Numbered from the stretch's first letter, positions 21,258 through 32,218 are shown. The stretch: 64,000 nucleotides of DNA from Waterburya sp. (GCA_965217895.1 CBDCJV010000002.1:1152001-1216000), one strand, 5' to 3'. Program-made: numbers and translations. The notes: generated by a model not told the origin, from the letters alone.

Positions 21258-22772
21258 TTGAAAGCGGTCAAGAGCATTTTGTTTTTTATTATCATAAACA
21301 AATGGCAAATGACTAAATTCAATTCAATGTCTGGGTATGCCTTGACTGTTAATATGCCACGATTTTCTTTGAGAAAACTAAATTGCCGATGGTCTAGAAT
21401 TCCTGTAAGTTATCGGGGTGGATTAATTCTATCTATACCAGCAGTTTGTATAATTGCCATTTTGATAACCTGGAGTGAATTAAGATATGGTGCCATAGAT
21501 GTTCATCAAGAAATCGATCGCAGTGAATCAACTTTAATAGAAACTAATAACCTGCTACAGTTACTTAACAGTGCTGAAACAGGTGTTCGGGGCTACGTGA
21601 TTACTAATCAGGCTAATTTTCTTGAACCATATAATCGAGCAATTATCAATGTACCCAACTGTCTTAAGAAATTAGAAGATTTACAGCGGGATACTCCTCA
21701 ACAGCAGGATGTGCAGAAGATAGCTGTGCTTGTTAAACAAGAACTAAATTTATTGTCTCAAACTCTAGACAACACCCAGAATCAAACTACACCTTCTGAG
21801 GTAAATAGTCTTCTTATCCAAAGCAAAGAGAAGATGTCTAAAGTTGCTGCTACAGCTAACGCTTTTAAATTTCAAGAATGGCAAACCCTAAGCAATCAAC
21901 GTCAGAATCTCTTCGATGTTCGCGATACTACTAATTTAGCATTTTGGTCTGCTGCTATTGTCAGCCTCTTAAGTTTTTTAGCAGCCCTATATCTGTTTAA
22001 TCTATTAGAGCGAGAATTAAACAATAGGCAAAGAAATTTGCGATCGCGTGCCACCGAATTTGCTAATCTAAATCGGGTTTTAGCCACAACCAATAATACA
22101 TTAGCAGAACGTAACCTGGAATTAGAGCAATTTTCCCATATAGTTTCCCACGATCTCAAAGCACCATTGCGAGGAATTAGCAATCTTTCCAAGTGGATCG
22201 AAGAAGATTTAACTGACAAGCTAACAGAAGATGCTCAAAAATATCTCCATCTGCAAAGAGAGCGAATCGCTAAGATGGAAAATTTAATTGATGGACTATT
22301 GCAATACGCTCGCGTAGGCAGACAAAACGCAATCTTAGAAACAGTTGATGTCCAACAGCTATTAGAAGAAGTAATCGATTCAATTAATCCTCCATCTGAT
22401 TTTGCGATCGCCATTCAAGGCCAAATGCCCATCATTACTACCCAGCGTTTGTTTTTAGAGCAGGTTTTCAGCAACTTGATTAGCAACGCAGTCAAGCATC
22501 ATCCCCGTTTAGATGGCAAGATAACTATCTCGGTTCAAGAACAAAAGCGTTTTTATGAATTTACCGTAGCCGACGATGGTGCTGGCATTGCACCTATGGC
22601 TCAAGCAAAGATTTTTGATATTTTTCATACCTTAAAAAAAGGAAACGGTAAATCAAATACAGGAGTTGGTTTAGCGATTGTCAAAAAAATTGTCGAAGAG
22701 CGTGGCGGCAAGATTACCCTAGAATCTGAAGTAGGAAAAGGCGCAGCTTTTCGTTTCCAATGGATGAACTAA
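21258..22772 (+). CDS. CHASE3-domain sensor histidine kinase (start codon uncertain)
   Basis: AETGVRGYVIT CHASE3 motif, two TM helices, VSHDLKAPLR, NLISNAVK, TGVGLAIV. Confidence 0.9.
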   Translation: MKAVKSILFFIIINKWQMTKFNSMSGYALTVNMPRFSLRKLNCRWSRIPVSYRGGLILSIPAVCIIAILITWSELRYGAIDVHQEIDRSESTLIETNNLLQLLNSAETGVRGYVITNQANFLEPYNRAIINVPNCLKKLEDLQRDTPQQQDVQKIAVLVKQELNLLSQTLDNTQNQTTPSEVNSLLIQSKEKMSKVAATANAFKFQEWQTLSNQRQNLFDVRDTTNLAFWSAAIVSLLSFLAALYLFNLLERELNNRQRNLRSRATEFANLNRVLATTNNTLAERNLELEQFSHIVSHDLKAPLRGISNLSKWIEEDLTDKLTEDAQKYLHLQRERIAKMENLIDGLLQYARVGRQNAILETVDVQQLLEEVIDSINPPSDFAIAIQGQMPIITTQRLFLEQVFSNLISNAVKHHPRLDGKITISVQEQKRFYEFTVADDGAGIAPMAQAKIFDIFHTLKKGNGKSNTGVGLAIVKKIVEERGGKITLESEVGKGAAFRFQWMN

Positions 22773-22808
22773 AAGCTAATAGCCACAAATTACCAACGCC
22801 CAAAAAAA

Positions 22809-23882
22809 CTAAATCCGAAAAACATCAACGAAAATTTCTTTGTCCCCTTTCAATCTTTGTCGATCTGGAGAGTCATAAAAAACCATCAAACTATCGTTGG
22901 GTTCTAGATAAGAATATAAAGCTAATCCCTCTGCATGGTCTGAACCAATCGTAAAAGGTAAATTGAACAAAGACACAAGATCGCCATTATCTTGGGAGTG
23001 AATCAAATTATCTAAGTTATTTAAAGCATCTTGCCAAGAAAAGACCTGCATCTCTCCTTCTAAATCCATCGTTGAACCTGCCATGATAATAATATCGTCG
23101 CCTCGAATACACAACTCTCGTACTCCTAAACCATTAAGATCGAAGAAGTGTTTTTTATATTGTTCTCCCTCATTCCCTATTTCTTTGAAAGATAGTACCC
23201 CTGTTTGGGTTGATTCTGTTTCTAGCTCTAAAACAATTGCCCAACCGCGCAGTACAGGCCCTCGTAATCCTAAAAATAACTTATCTCCATAGACTGCCAA
23301 ACCTTCAATATCCAAACCGTTGTCTTTAGAGGGTATACCAGCAGTAATAAAAGGTTTAAGATGCAGATCTTCCTTGAGAAGCTCAGTTAAAATATTCCGT
23401 TCTTCAGTAGTTTCCAAACAGGCTGCGGTTAATTTTGTTCCTTCAACAGGAGAACAGGATTTTACCAACTTACCATCAATTACAGGAATTCTGGCGAGGA
23501 TAAATCGATTCAAGTCGGTGGTAATTGTCGCCAATCTTTCTATATCTTTAGCGTCTTTTTTTCCTTTAACTTTTTTACGTTTGGTACTATGAGAGCCAGT
23601 GAGCCAGAGATAACCTTCAGAATAATCCATTCCTTCAATATCAATTTCGTCATCAGTATTAAATAGCTCTATATAGTCTTTTAAAAAGAAGCGTTGATGT
23701 TTTCCATAGCTATGATTGCCAATTGGTGATAAACATTCGACCCCAATCATTTCATCTGAGCCAACCCATAGATTACCATCAGCAGAAAATGCAGCAGCAG
23801 AAACATCGCCGATGACATCGCTGGCTTTGGCTTTAAATTTTAATAGTATTCGACTGAGTAAAAAATATGGCGTTCTAGACAT
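22809..23882 (-). CDS. DUF3616-like beta-propeller protein
   Basis: EIDIEG, TGSHS, GLDIEGL, LGLRGP, HAEGL motifs. Confidence 0.75.
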   Translation of the reverse strand: MSRTPYFLLSRILLKFKAKASDVIGDVSAAAFSADGNLWVGSDEMIGVECLSPIGNHSYGKHQRFFLKDYIELFNTDDEIDIEGMDYSEGYLWLTGSHSTKRKKVKGKKDAKDIERLATITTDLNRFILARIPVIDGKLVKSCSPVEGTKLTAACLETTEERNILTELLKEDLHLKPFITAGIPSKDNGLDIEGLAVYGDKLFLGLRGPVLRGWAIVLELETESTQTGVLSFKEIGNEGEQYKKHFFDLNGLGVRELCIRGDDIIIMAGSTMDLEGEMQVFSWQDALNNLDNLIHSQDNGDLVSLFNLPFTIGSDHAEGLALYSYLEPNDSLMVFYDSPDRQRLKGDKEIFVDVFRI

Positions 23883-24100
23883 GGTAATTATTTGGAGTGT
23901 AAATGCCTAAATTACTTTGAAAATCTAATTAATGAATCTATCTAAAAAACTATTTTGCTGTTAATTTATTTAACTTAATATTTATCTTGTTTCCTAAACC
24001 AAATTACCTATCTTTTGAAGGATGAAGGATAGACATAATTCTTCTGCAATGAGAGTAAATCAAAAATCAGCAGTTTTATTTCTTACAATAAATTAAATAT

Positions 24101-24634
24101 ATGTCTCAGCAATCGCCATCAGCATCTAAACAATTAAAATCTACTTGGGGAAAGTTCTCGATCGAGCAAGCAGCGCTCGCCACTAAAGCTGAGTTAGAAG
24201 AAGCTGGGATCGAGCCTGAAAAAATTACTCTAGAAGCAGAAGATTTTCAGCCCCCAACAAGAATAGAAGACACAGGAGCGATCGCTAATCTGAAAACTGG
24301 CGCGATTACAGGAGCCGCATTAGGAGCTTTAATTGGTTTATCTATTAGCTTAATTCTGACTAATTTTTCTGGTGTTGGGTTAGCAGCATTTAAGAATTTC
24401 CAAACCATCCATTATCTAGCTCCTATAATGGGTGCAATAGTTGGTGCTGTCGGTATCAGTCTAATTTCTGGGCTAAGTGGTGCTAGCATTCCTCAGTCTA
24501 ATTTAGATATCAGCGATCGCAGTGAAGGAAAAAAATATTTAGTGGTAGTTAAAGGAACTACAGAAGAAGTCAGCCTTGCTAGAGAAATCATCGATCGTCA
24601 AGGTGGTGTAGTCGAAGAAGCAGATAGACGGTAA
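24101..24634 (+). CDS. Hypothetical membrane protein (general-stress/DUF1269-like glycine-rich hairpin)
   Basis: GAITGAALGALIG repeats; C-terminal YLVVVKG..EV..AREI. Confidence 0.6.
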   Translation: MSQQSPSASKQLKSTWGKFSIEQAALATKAELEEAGIEPEKITLEAEDFQPPTRIEDTGAIANLKTGAITGAALGALIGLSISLILTNFSGVGLAAFKNFQTIHYLAPIMGAIVGAVGISLISGLSGASIPQSNLDISDRSEGKKYLVVVKGTTEEVSLAREIIDRQGGVVEEADRR

Positions 24635-24668
24635 TTCAATTTATCTCATTCAGACCTGGGTAAAAAAT

Positions 24669-25346
24669 ATGGAAACTACTTTAGAAGTGCGCTGGTTTGT
24701 TAGAGGAGTACCACCAGCAGTTGTGCAGCGTTGGTTTAGGCTTGAATGTCCAGGAAGATTATTGGGAAAGCTAGAAACTAGAAAAGACTGGTATGCCTGT
24801 CAGCCAAAAACTTTTGTAGATAAAATTGGCAGATTTTCATGCCGTGCCTTAAATCGTGACGAAGTTAACTTTAAATTGCGCCAGGGTAATCCTGAATTAA
24901 AACTGAGACAACAGGAATTTGGGACTTATGGGTTTGGACATCAAAAGCGATCGCAAAGCCTGGATGCAGCCCAATCATTTACTGAAGGCAAAGTCGAACA
25001 GTGGTGTAAATTTGATGAACAAGAGTTAAAAGATTTTGCTTTTACAACCTATGATTTAATATCTGAAACAGACTGGATTGGTGTTGATAAAGAGCGCAAG
25101 CAAAAAATAGAACAAGGTGTAGCCAGTGAGTTGACTTGTCTAAAAATTAACAATGAACCCTGGTGGAGTATTGCTTTTGAGATGACTCAGAATAATGATG
25201 CTCAACAACAAGATGCCTGCTTTAAAGAAGTTGTCGAAAGAGCTTGTAAAACATACTACGGTCCTAAATTATCAGCAACTAATTCTTATGGCTATAGTCG
25301 CTGGCTGCTTGAACTTGAACCCTATGTTAATCTTAGTTCAGGTTAA
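24669..25346 (+). CDS. Hypothetical protein, CYTH-like fold
   Basis: N-terminal TxEVRWF, RxDxY, KLR..ELK, SYGYSRWL. Confidence 0.55.
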   Translation: METTLEVRWFVRGVPPAVVQRWFRLECPGRLLGKLETRKDWYACQPKTFVDKIGRFSCRALNRDEVNFKLRQGNPELKLRQQEFGTYGFGHQKRSQSLDAAQSFTEGKVEQWCKFDEQELKDFAFTTYDLISETDWIGVDKERKQKIEQGVASELTCLKINNEPWWSIAFEMTQNNDAQQQDACFKEVVERACKTYYGPKLSATNSYGYSRWLLELEPYVNLSSG

Positions 25347-25358
25347 GTAGGGAATAGG

Positions 25359-25386
25359 GTAGGAGCAAACAATCGTTCGCCCCTAC
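25359..25386. repeat. GTAG-type REP-like palindrome
   Basis: GTAGGAGCAAAC AATC GTTCGCCCCTAC imperfect hairpin between convergent genes. Confidence 0.55.
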
Positions 25387-25549
25387 AGAAGTAGGAAACA
25401 GTAATTTACAAAATGTCTATCACGTTTATACGTAATGCTACATCTTTTTTGCTATTGTCGTACTGTATTCTTCGTTACTTTAAAAAAAGCTCTTTTAAGA
25501 AGTTATTTTACTTCATCCAAAGAGCTAGCAAACAAATTGTTTTTGCCTG

Positions 25550-25732
25550 TTAATTACTACTATTAGAAGTAGACTCAGAAGATTCATTTTCTTCTGTCTC
25601 TTGTTTTTTATCGTTGCTGTTGTAGTTTTTTCGACCACGATTTCCATAACGGCTAGTTTGCTTACGGAATTTACGAGCGTTAATTTTATTTCGAGCAGCT
25701 TTTTCTTTTTTCGCGTTACGACGTTTAGCCAT
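25550..25732 (-). CDS. Small basic hypothetical protein
   Basis: MAKRRNAKKEKAARNKINARKFRK; AGGA-like RBS upstream; lies downstream of rbp. Confidence 0.65.
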   Translation of the reverse strand: MAKRRNAKKEKAARNKINARKFRKQTSRYGNRGRKNYNSNDKKQETEENESSESTSNSSN

Positions 25733-25832
25733 TTATAGTAGGATTCCTGATTACACAATAAAACGCTTCTAGGAGTCTCTAGTATAATGTCTAGCTGCCC
25801 TCCAGAAGCGTAATTCAATTTAGCTTTGGAGC

Positions 25833-26120
25833 TTAAAAGCGATCACGATTGCCACCACCACCAAAGGAACTTCGATTTTCGCGAGGTCTTGCCTTGTTGA
25901 CCTTAATCTCACGACCCATCCATTCTGCTCCGTCTAGAGTCTCAATAGCTTTATCTTCTTCTGCTTCTGTTTCCATTTCTACAAAGCCGAAACCGCGTTT
26001 GCGACCAGTTTCACGGTCAGTAGGAAGATGAACTCTTTTAACCTTGCCGTACTCTGCGAATACTTCGCTTAAATCTTCTTGGCTAACCTCATAGTTGAGA
26101 TTACCGACGTAAATTGACAT
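25833..26120 (-). CDS. rbp: RRM RNA-binding protein (Rbp family)
   Basis: MSIYVGNL (RNP2), KRGFGFVEM (RNP1), Gly-rich tail; GGAG RBS before ATG at 26120. Confidence 0.93.
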   Translation of the reverse strand: MSIYVGNLNYEVSQEDLSEVFAEYGKVKRVHLPTDRETGRKRGFGFVEMETEAEEDKAIETLDGAEWMGREIKVNKARPRENRSSFGGGGNRDRF

Positions 26121-26175
26121 GAACTGAGTGTCTCCTGAATGCACATTAGATGTAGAGAGCTAAAATTTCGGAAAA
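26121..26175 (-). promoter_or_regulatory. Conserved rbp 5'-leader motifs
   Basis: Minus strand reads TTCCGAAATT..TCTCTACATCT..TTCAGGAGACAC, resembling the conserved leader boxes of cyanobacterial rbp genes (from recall). Confidence 0.5.
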
Positions 26176-26318
26176 AAACCAAATCAATACTATATGGAAA
26201 AACCTATCAATACTGAATACAAACTGGATTGCCGATCTTTATCTCAATCTGAATCTTAACACTTTATCTTTAAAAAAAAGATTTAAATACCAGCACTTGA
26301 GAATTATTTAACTTAAAA

Positions 26319-27527
26319 TTACAGATGACTTCTAAGCATACTAATTAAGCTATCAACTTCTTCAGATAAGGTTAAATAGTGAACACAGGCTCGGATACAG
26401 TCAGGGTCGGCAATGGTTCTGAGTAAGAATCCTTGCTTTTCTAGAGTATCTACCAAGTTTTTATGTTCGATTTCTTTTACCTGAAAAGAAACCAATCCTG
26501 CTTCTGGGGGAGTCTGTTTGAGACAGGTAATCTGTTCTATCTGTTGTAATTGCTCCCAAAGATATTTACTGAGTTCACAAATTTTCTGATAGCGTTGTTT
26601 GGCTGTACCCCATTCTTGATGAGTGGCGATCGCACTTTTTAAGCCTTCATATTCGGGGTAAGCAGAGGTAGCCACTTCAAACTTTGACCCGTCTTGTTTC
26701 CAGGCGACAGGCTTTCCTTGTGCATCCATCTCCAATCCCCGCCAACCAATAAAGGTAGGGTTTAATTCAGCAAATGCTGCTTCACTAATATATAGTCCAC
26801 CAACTCCCGCTGGGCCACACCACCATTTATGTCCTGTAAAAGCATAGAAATCGACTCCTAGATCGGGCAGATCCAACGCCAACGAACCGACAGACTGCGC
26901 TGCGTCTACCATCACCCTAATTGTCTGTTGTGCAGGAAAATCATGGCATACTTGCACTATTTCTTTAAGAGGTAATACCTGTCCTGTGTTCCAAAGTAGA
27001 TGACTTAAAACTACCAGGCGCGTATTGGGGGTTAGATTAGCGCGAATTACCTCAACGGGATCGCCATCGTTCAAAGTATCCATAATCGGACAAATAGCCA
27101 CTTCTACCCCAAAGCGTCGAGAAATTTCTTTTACCGTGGCGATAATGCCTGGATGTTCGCAGTCTGTCATCAGAATGCGTGGCGTAGTCATGCTATCAGG
27201 CTGATTATCTTTTTGCCAATCAATACCCCATAAGGCAATATTACATCCTGCTGTTACGTTCTCGGTGATGCTAATTGTCTGGGTAGGCGCGCCTAATTCC
27301 TCGGCAATTATTTCTCGTAAGGAATTGACTTTTTTGGTCAGCCAGCTATTAATTTGTCCCGAAAAGGGTCCTACTTGCTGAATATATTGATGGGTATCAA
27401 TGATTGCTTCAAATGCAGCCTGGGGCATTGTCCCCTGACCACCAAAGTTAAAATAGGTCTTATTAATTAATCCAGGGAACTGTCGGCGATGTTCATTAAG
27501 CTCGGTTGGCGATAATATAGTAGTCAT
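26319..27527 (-). CDS. Aminotransferase class V (cysteine/cystine lyase C-DES-like)
   Basis: YFNFGGQG, EHP, VDAAQS, TGHKWWCGP (PLP lysine). Confidence 0.88.
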   Translation of the reverse strand: MTTILSPTELNEHRRQFPGLINKTYFNFGGQGTMPQAAFEAIIDTHQYIQQVGPFSGQINSWLTKKVNSLREIIAEELGAPTQTISITENVTAGCNIALWGIDWQKDNQPDSMTTPRILMTDCEHPGIIATVKEISRRFGVEVAICPIMDTLNDGDPVEVIRANLTPNTRLVVLSHLLWNTGQVLPLKEIVQVCHDFPAQQTIRVMVDAAQSVGSLALDLPDLGVDFYAFTGHKWWCGPAGVGGLYISEAAFAELNPTFIGWRGLEMDAQGKPVAWKQDGSKFEVATSAYPEYEGLKSAIATHQEWGTAKQRYQKICELSKYLWEQLQQIEQITCLKQTPPEAGLVSFQVKEIEHKNLVDTLEKQGFLLRTIADPDCIRACVHYLTLSEEVDSLISMLRSHL

Positions 27528-27702
27528 ATAATGAATTTTGCAATCTAGCGAACCACTTTAGCGAACCATTGTTAGTATATCGATATTTATCAGTTAGGTT
27601 TCAAGGACACATTTTTATTTTTGGGGGAAATAAGGCTATTTTGCCGATAGAAAGCAGGATATTTTTTCTCGTTCCCTCTTTATCTTGCTTTCTTCCTAAA
27701 TA

Positions 27703-29241
27703 ATGTTAATCACCGATCATCTTTTACTAAACTATAAACGCTGCAATCGTCGCACCTATCTAGAAATATACGGCAATCGGCAACAAAAAGATCCAGAGAA
27801 AGATTTTTTGCAGAAGTTAAAACGAGAAAATCGAACTCACATTGCTAATGTTACTAAAGAGCGATCGCTTGAATGTCAAAAGCCAGAGACATCAAGAAAA
27901 GATTGGCAGTTAAATGGTCAACAAACTCTTGCTTTAATGGCGCAGGGAGTAGAATGTATTGCTCAAGGAAGTTTGAGCTTGACTTTTGCTCAGTGGCAAA
28001 CTGCTTTAGGAAACTACAATTTCTTAAGTAGAATACAAGATGATCTCTACGGCTTTTTAACAGAAATAACCTTTGTTGCTACGCCAAGTTTACTGATTAA
28101 ACAGCCAGGAAAATCTAAATTTGGCGACTGGGAATATTTACCAGTTAGTATTAAGCTTGGTCGTCGAGCCAAACCAGAATATAAGTTAATTAGTGCCTTT
28201 CATGCTCAAATTCTGGGCATTATTCAATCAGCAATTCCTGCTTATTGCCAGCTAATTCTCAAGGAGCATAACGATTACTATATTAACCTCGATCATTGGC
28301 TGATTAAGATGCAGCATGAGGTGGCTGATTGCTTGGTTATGTTAGCTCAAAAACAGAAGCCCGAAGTATTTATTTCTCGTCAAAAGTGTAGTCTCTGTAG
28401 CTGGTATGGCTATTGCCATAAAGTAGCAAAGTCAACCAATCATTTGTCTTTAGTACCTGGAGTAACCCCAAAACGCTATGAGTATATGCAGTCAATTGGA
28501 GTTGACAGCGTTGAGTCTTTGATGAACGTTTCAGAAACAAGCTTAGGCGAAACTCTTACTGCTAGTGTAGCAAGACAAATAAAACAGCAGATTACTGCTC
28601 TACAAAGCGATCGCCCTTTGGTAAATTCTAGTTTCGATCTGCTTAATACTCAACCTATCCCTAGCGGTGCGATCGAGCTATATTTTGATATTGAAGCTGA
28701 ACCAGAACGCCAAATTGACTATTTGTTAGGAGTTCTGCTAGTAGATCGAAGCACCAACACCGAGAGCTTCTATGCTTTTGTAGCCGAAGATCCAGCCGAT
28801 GAAAAGAAAATATGGCAGCAGTTTTTAAACTTTATCTCTTTATATCCTGATGCACCTATTTTTCATTACTCTGAATATGAAGTAGATACAATCAAGCGTT
28901 TAGCTCGACTTTACGATACGCCCAAAGCTAATACCAAAGAAATATTATCTCGCTTAGTCGATCTTCATTTCTGGGTAACTAAAACAGTAATTTTACCCGT
29001 AGAAAGTTATTCCTTGAAAGCCTTGGCTAACTGGATTGGTTTTTATTGGCGAGAAACTCAGGGCAGTGGGGATCAATCAGTCTGCTGGTACGATCGGTGG
29101 TTAAGCACTCAAGATCGAGCTTGGCTAGAATTAATTTTAAGCTACAACGAAGATGATTGTCGCGCAACTCGCCATCTCAAAGACTGGCTTTTAGATTTTT
29201 TGGAGTATCAAAGAAACCAGCAAATTGCAGTTAACAAGTAG
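27703..29241 (+). CDS. TM0106-family RecB/Cas4-like putative nuclease with C-terminal RNase H-like domain
   Basis: YKRCNRR and CSLCSWYGYC cysteines; YFDIEAEP, FHYSEYE, SYSLK, YNEDDC. Confidence 0.82.
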   Translation: MLITDHLLLNYKRCNRRTYLEIYGNRQQKDPEKDFLQKLKRENRTHIANVTKERSLECQKPETSRKDWQLNGQQTLALMAQGVECIAQGSLSLTFAQWQTALGNYNFLSRIQDDLYGFLTEITFVATPSLLIKQPGKSKFGDWEYLPVSIKLGRRAKPEYKLISAFHAQILGIIQSAIPAYCQLILKEHNDYYINLDHWLIKMQHEVADCLVMLAQKQKPEVFISRQKCSLCSWYGYCHKVAKSTNHLSLVPGVTPKRYEYMQSIGVDSVESLMNVSETSLGETLTASVARQIKQQITALQSDRPLVNSSFDLLNTQPIPSGAIELYFDIEAEPERQIDYLLGVLLVDRSTNTESFYAFVAEDPADEKKIWQQFLNFISLYPDAPIFHYSEYEVDTIKRLARLYDTPKANTKEILSRLVDLHFWVTKTVILPVESYSLKALANWIGFYWRETQGSGDQSVCWYDRWLSTQDRAWLELILSYNEDDCRATRHLKDWLLDFLEYQRNQQIAVNK

Positions 29242-29452
29242 GATCGCTAGATTGAGGCTGAATAGTATTAAATATTCTGTAAAAACAACAAAGGAAAAGT
29301 TATATTAAGATGTTTTACAATATTCGTAATTGACTCATAATTCACAAAATTATACGGGGATCATACGCTAGATTATGAGAGTGAAAGATAAATAATCTTT
29401 ATTGAATTAATAAGTAAAGTTTATTTTAGATTCACTAATTACGGTCTGGACT

Positions 29453-29755
29453 TTGATAATCCTGGCAGTGATTATTTTTATTTTCCTCTGTGTAACCAAC
29501 AGAGTGATGTTCAACCTAACTTGTGTGATAACTATGTTTCCTCTTTTATTATTTGTTACCGCTTTAGTTAGTGTCGTTATTTATCTCCGCACCAATAACG
29601 ATATTTTTGCCCTGCTAGGGGCAGGCATGACCATAACTTGTCTAATTTGGGGCTTGGTGATTGCCCATTGGTCAATTCATATTTTGGCTTTACTAACATT
29701 GTTATTCATCGGTAAACCAGTAGCAGTGGCTACGGTTGAGTCTCGTTACAAATAA
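29453..29755 (+). CDS. Small membrane hypothetical protein (start may be downstream)
   Basis: Hydrophobic helices, AHWSIH motif. Confidence 0.55.
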   Translation: MIILAVIIFIFLCVTNRVMFNLTCVITMFPLLLFVTALVSVVIYLRTNNDIFALLGAGMTITCLIWGLVIAHWSIHILALLTLLFIGKPVAVATVESRYK

Positions 29756-29920
29756 AATAGGCTTAAGGTGAATTAGCTTCGTTCAGATTCATTAGTTTAG
29801 AGCTTCTTAGCTATCAGCTTTTAGCCATTAGCTTCTGAAAATTACTCAGACTTATAAATATATAGGACACGGTTTTTTAAGCGATAAATCTGCAAAAATA
29901 AGGGTAGGTTTATCGCTTTT

Positions 29921-31081
29921 TTGCTTGAGAATATTTTGACAAATCCCTATACTTGGCTCGATAAATCCTTAACCACTATTCATCGAGCAAATTGGTATCG
30001 TTCGGTAAAGGCGATCGCCGGTAAACCAGGAGCAATAGTAGAATTATCAGGTAAGCCTGTGGTCAACTTTGCCAGTAACGATTACTTAGGTTTAGCAGGT
30101 GACTCTAGACTAATTCAAGCTGCGGTAGATGCTACTCAAGCTTATGGCACGGGTAGTACGGGTTCTAGGTTACTTAGTGGGCATAAAGAATTACACCAAG
30201 AATTAGAAATAGCGATCGCTTCACTTAAGCAAACCGAAGACGCTTTGGTGTTTAGTTCTGGCTATTTAGCTAACCTCGGTACGGTAGCAGCCTTAGTTGG
30301 GCAAAGAGATTTGATTTTAGGGGATCGATATAATCACTCCAGCCTGAAAAAAGGAGCAATTTTAAGTGGGGCAACGGCAATTGATTATCAGCATAACGAT
30401 GTTGTTGACTTGCGCCAAAAGCTAGAAGCCAACCGCAGCCTATATCGTCGCTGTCTAATTAATACCGACAGTGTATTTAGTATGGATGGGGATTTGTGTC
30501 CCTTGCCTGAGTTGATGGCGATCGCCGATGAATTTGAGTGTATGCTTTTAGTAGATGAAGCCCACGGCACAGGAGTTTTGGGCAATAGTGGTGCTGGCTG
30601 CGTAGAACATTTTAACTGCACGGGCAAAGAATTGATTCAAATTGGCACTCTTAGTAAAGCTTTAGGCAGTTTAGGGGGATACGTGGCAGGAAGTGCGGTT
30701 TTAATTGACTTTTTACGTAATCGTGCAGCAAGCTGGATTTACACCACCGCTTTATCTCCCGCCGATACCGCAGCAGCGATCGCAGCTATCAAAATAGTTA
30801 AACAAGAACCAGATCGACGTAGACAACTATGGCAAAACATTAACTATCTGAAGCACCAGCTATCAGGCTTGAAGCTTTTACCTTCAGAGTCGCCTATTCT
30901 TTGTATGACTCTTGATACTCCAGAAGCAGCCTTAAACAAAGCCCAACAGCTTATGGATGCTGGCATCTTTGCTCCTGCTATTCGTCCTCCCACCGTACCA
31001 ACCAGCCGTATCCGCCTGTCTTTAATGGCGACTCACGAGCGATCGCATTTGGATTTAGTAATTAATAATCTCAAAAATTAA
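29921..31081 (+). CDS. bioF: 8-amino-7-oxononanoate synthase
   Basis: [44 protein letters not shown]. Confidence 0.92.
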   Translation: MLENILTNPYTWLDKSLTTIHRANWYRSVKAIAGKPGAIVELSGKPVVNFASNDYLGLAGDSRLIQAAVDATQAYGTGSTGSRLLSGHKELHQELEIAIASLKQTEDALVFSSGYLANLGTVAALVGQRDLILGDRYNHSSLKKGAILSGATAIDYQHNDVVDLRQKLEANRSLYRRCLINTDSVFSMDGDLCPLPELMAIADEFECMLLVDEAHGTGVLGNSGAGCVEHFNCTGKELIQIGTLSKALGSLGGYVAGSAVLIDFLRNRAASWIYTTALSPADTAAAIAAIKIVKQEPDRRRQLWQNINYLKHQLSGLKLLPSESPILCMTLDTPEAALNKAQQLMDAGIFAPAIRPPTVPTSRIRLSLMATHERSHLDLVINNLKN

Positions 31082-31159
31082 ATTAATAAACTGATATATG
31101 GTCATTCCAATTAATTTTCTTATGGTATTTTTGTATTGATTGTAAGGTTGAATATTATT

Positions 31160-31208
31160 TGCTACCTGCTACCTGCTACCTGCTACCTGCTACTTGCTAC
31201 TTGCTACT
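31160..31208. repeat. Short tandem heptamer repeat (STRR) TGCTACC/TGCTACT x7
   Basis: Read directly from the sequence. Confidence 0.85.
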
Positions 31209-32093
31209 TTTTTCAAAGATAATCTGGTTGCTATTTAAAACGACTATAGCTTCCCCAAACCAATATCCATTGAGATCGTTAAAGGTTTTAATTTGCATAC
31301 CTTCTAGGGGATTTCCAATCAAAATCAACTTTCGCTCTGGGTTGATAGATAACAGCGCAACGGCATGAGAAAATCTAACGCCTTTACCTGTTTTGCTTTT
31401 TTCTTTGACGTGCATCAAAGCGGGTTTATTTGCAGCAATTAGGTCATCAATGGTTAAATTATGACGATACTGGGGATTTAAATCCAACTTTTCCATTGTC
31501 CTAATTTCTGAGAGAGTTGTAGTGCCAAAACGATTGGTTTTCGTAATCTTGGCTACCTCTTGCTCAGTTATGTTAGGGTGTCTTTTAGTGTAGCGAGCTA
31601 GGGTAGCAATAGTAGAAGGAGCGCAAGTATAGGGAGTTGTTTGAATGACAACATTGTCGATAATTTTGGGTTGAGCAACCAAAGCTTGAACAGGCTGAAG
31701 AAAAAAGAGCAGAATGCTCAGGGCAAAAGCGATCGCACCCAAAGCAACCAATAATTGAGCTATCTGTTGTCTCGAACGTTTACCAGAAAGTTCTAAGAGC
31801 AACAATAAACCCAAAAAGAAACAGCCTAAGCCCACAATAGCCTCATTAAAATAACCCGCCAAATAGATCAAAAGCATAGGCGGAAAAATTTTAGGTAAGA
31901 GGGGAGCAAGATTAAATTTATCTAAGACAATTAATAAACCGAGCAAAGGTGCGATCGCCATTAACAACCATACCAAAGGCTTTTGATAGTTTTTTAAAGC
32001 ATTGTCTGAAGTAATGCCAGCAGCAGCCAGCTTTTTCGCCAGAAATCCTCCTACAGCAAAAGCCAAGACACATACTAAAGCTAAAGTCATCAT
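31197..32093 (-). CDS. Membrane-anchored C39-like cysteine peptidase
   Basis: About 5 TM helices, then QTTPYTCAPS (Cys), FSHAVAL (His), IGNP. Confidence 0.72.
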   Translation of the reverse strand: MMTLALVCVLAFAVGGFLAKKLAAAGITSDNALKNYQKPLVWLLMAIAPLLGLLIVLDKFNLAPLLPKIFPPMLLIYLAGYFNEAIVGLGCFFLGLLLLLELSGKRSRQQIAQLLVALGAIAFALSILLFFLQPVQALVAQPKIIDNVVIQTTPYTCAPSTIATLARYTKRHPNITEQEVAKITKTNRFGTTTLSEIRTMEKLDLNPQYRHNLTIDDLIAANKPALMHVKEKSKTGKGVRFSHAVALLSINPERKLILIGNPLEGMQIKTFNDLNGYWFGEAIVVLNSNQIIFEKSSK

Positions 32094-32218
32094 AAATAGT
32101 TAACAGATAAATAAATTTATCCTGCCCCAATTATCTAGCTCTAGTATGCAAGTCCCAACTATGAAATGGCTGTGATCTCAAAAGTTCGATCAACAAAACT
32201 TTCCTTACTCCTTATCCT

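Noticed and set aside
27703..29241. TM0106 nuclease as the Cas4-like partner of the Argonaute
   Set aside because: About 18.5 kb away among housekeeping genes, with no operon linkage
31159..31368. ORF MLPATCYLLPATCYLL..
   Set aside because: Translation of a heptamer tandem repeat, antisense to a real gene
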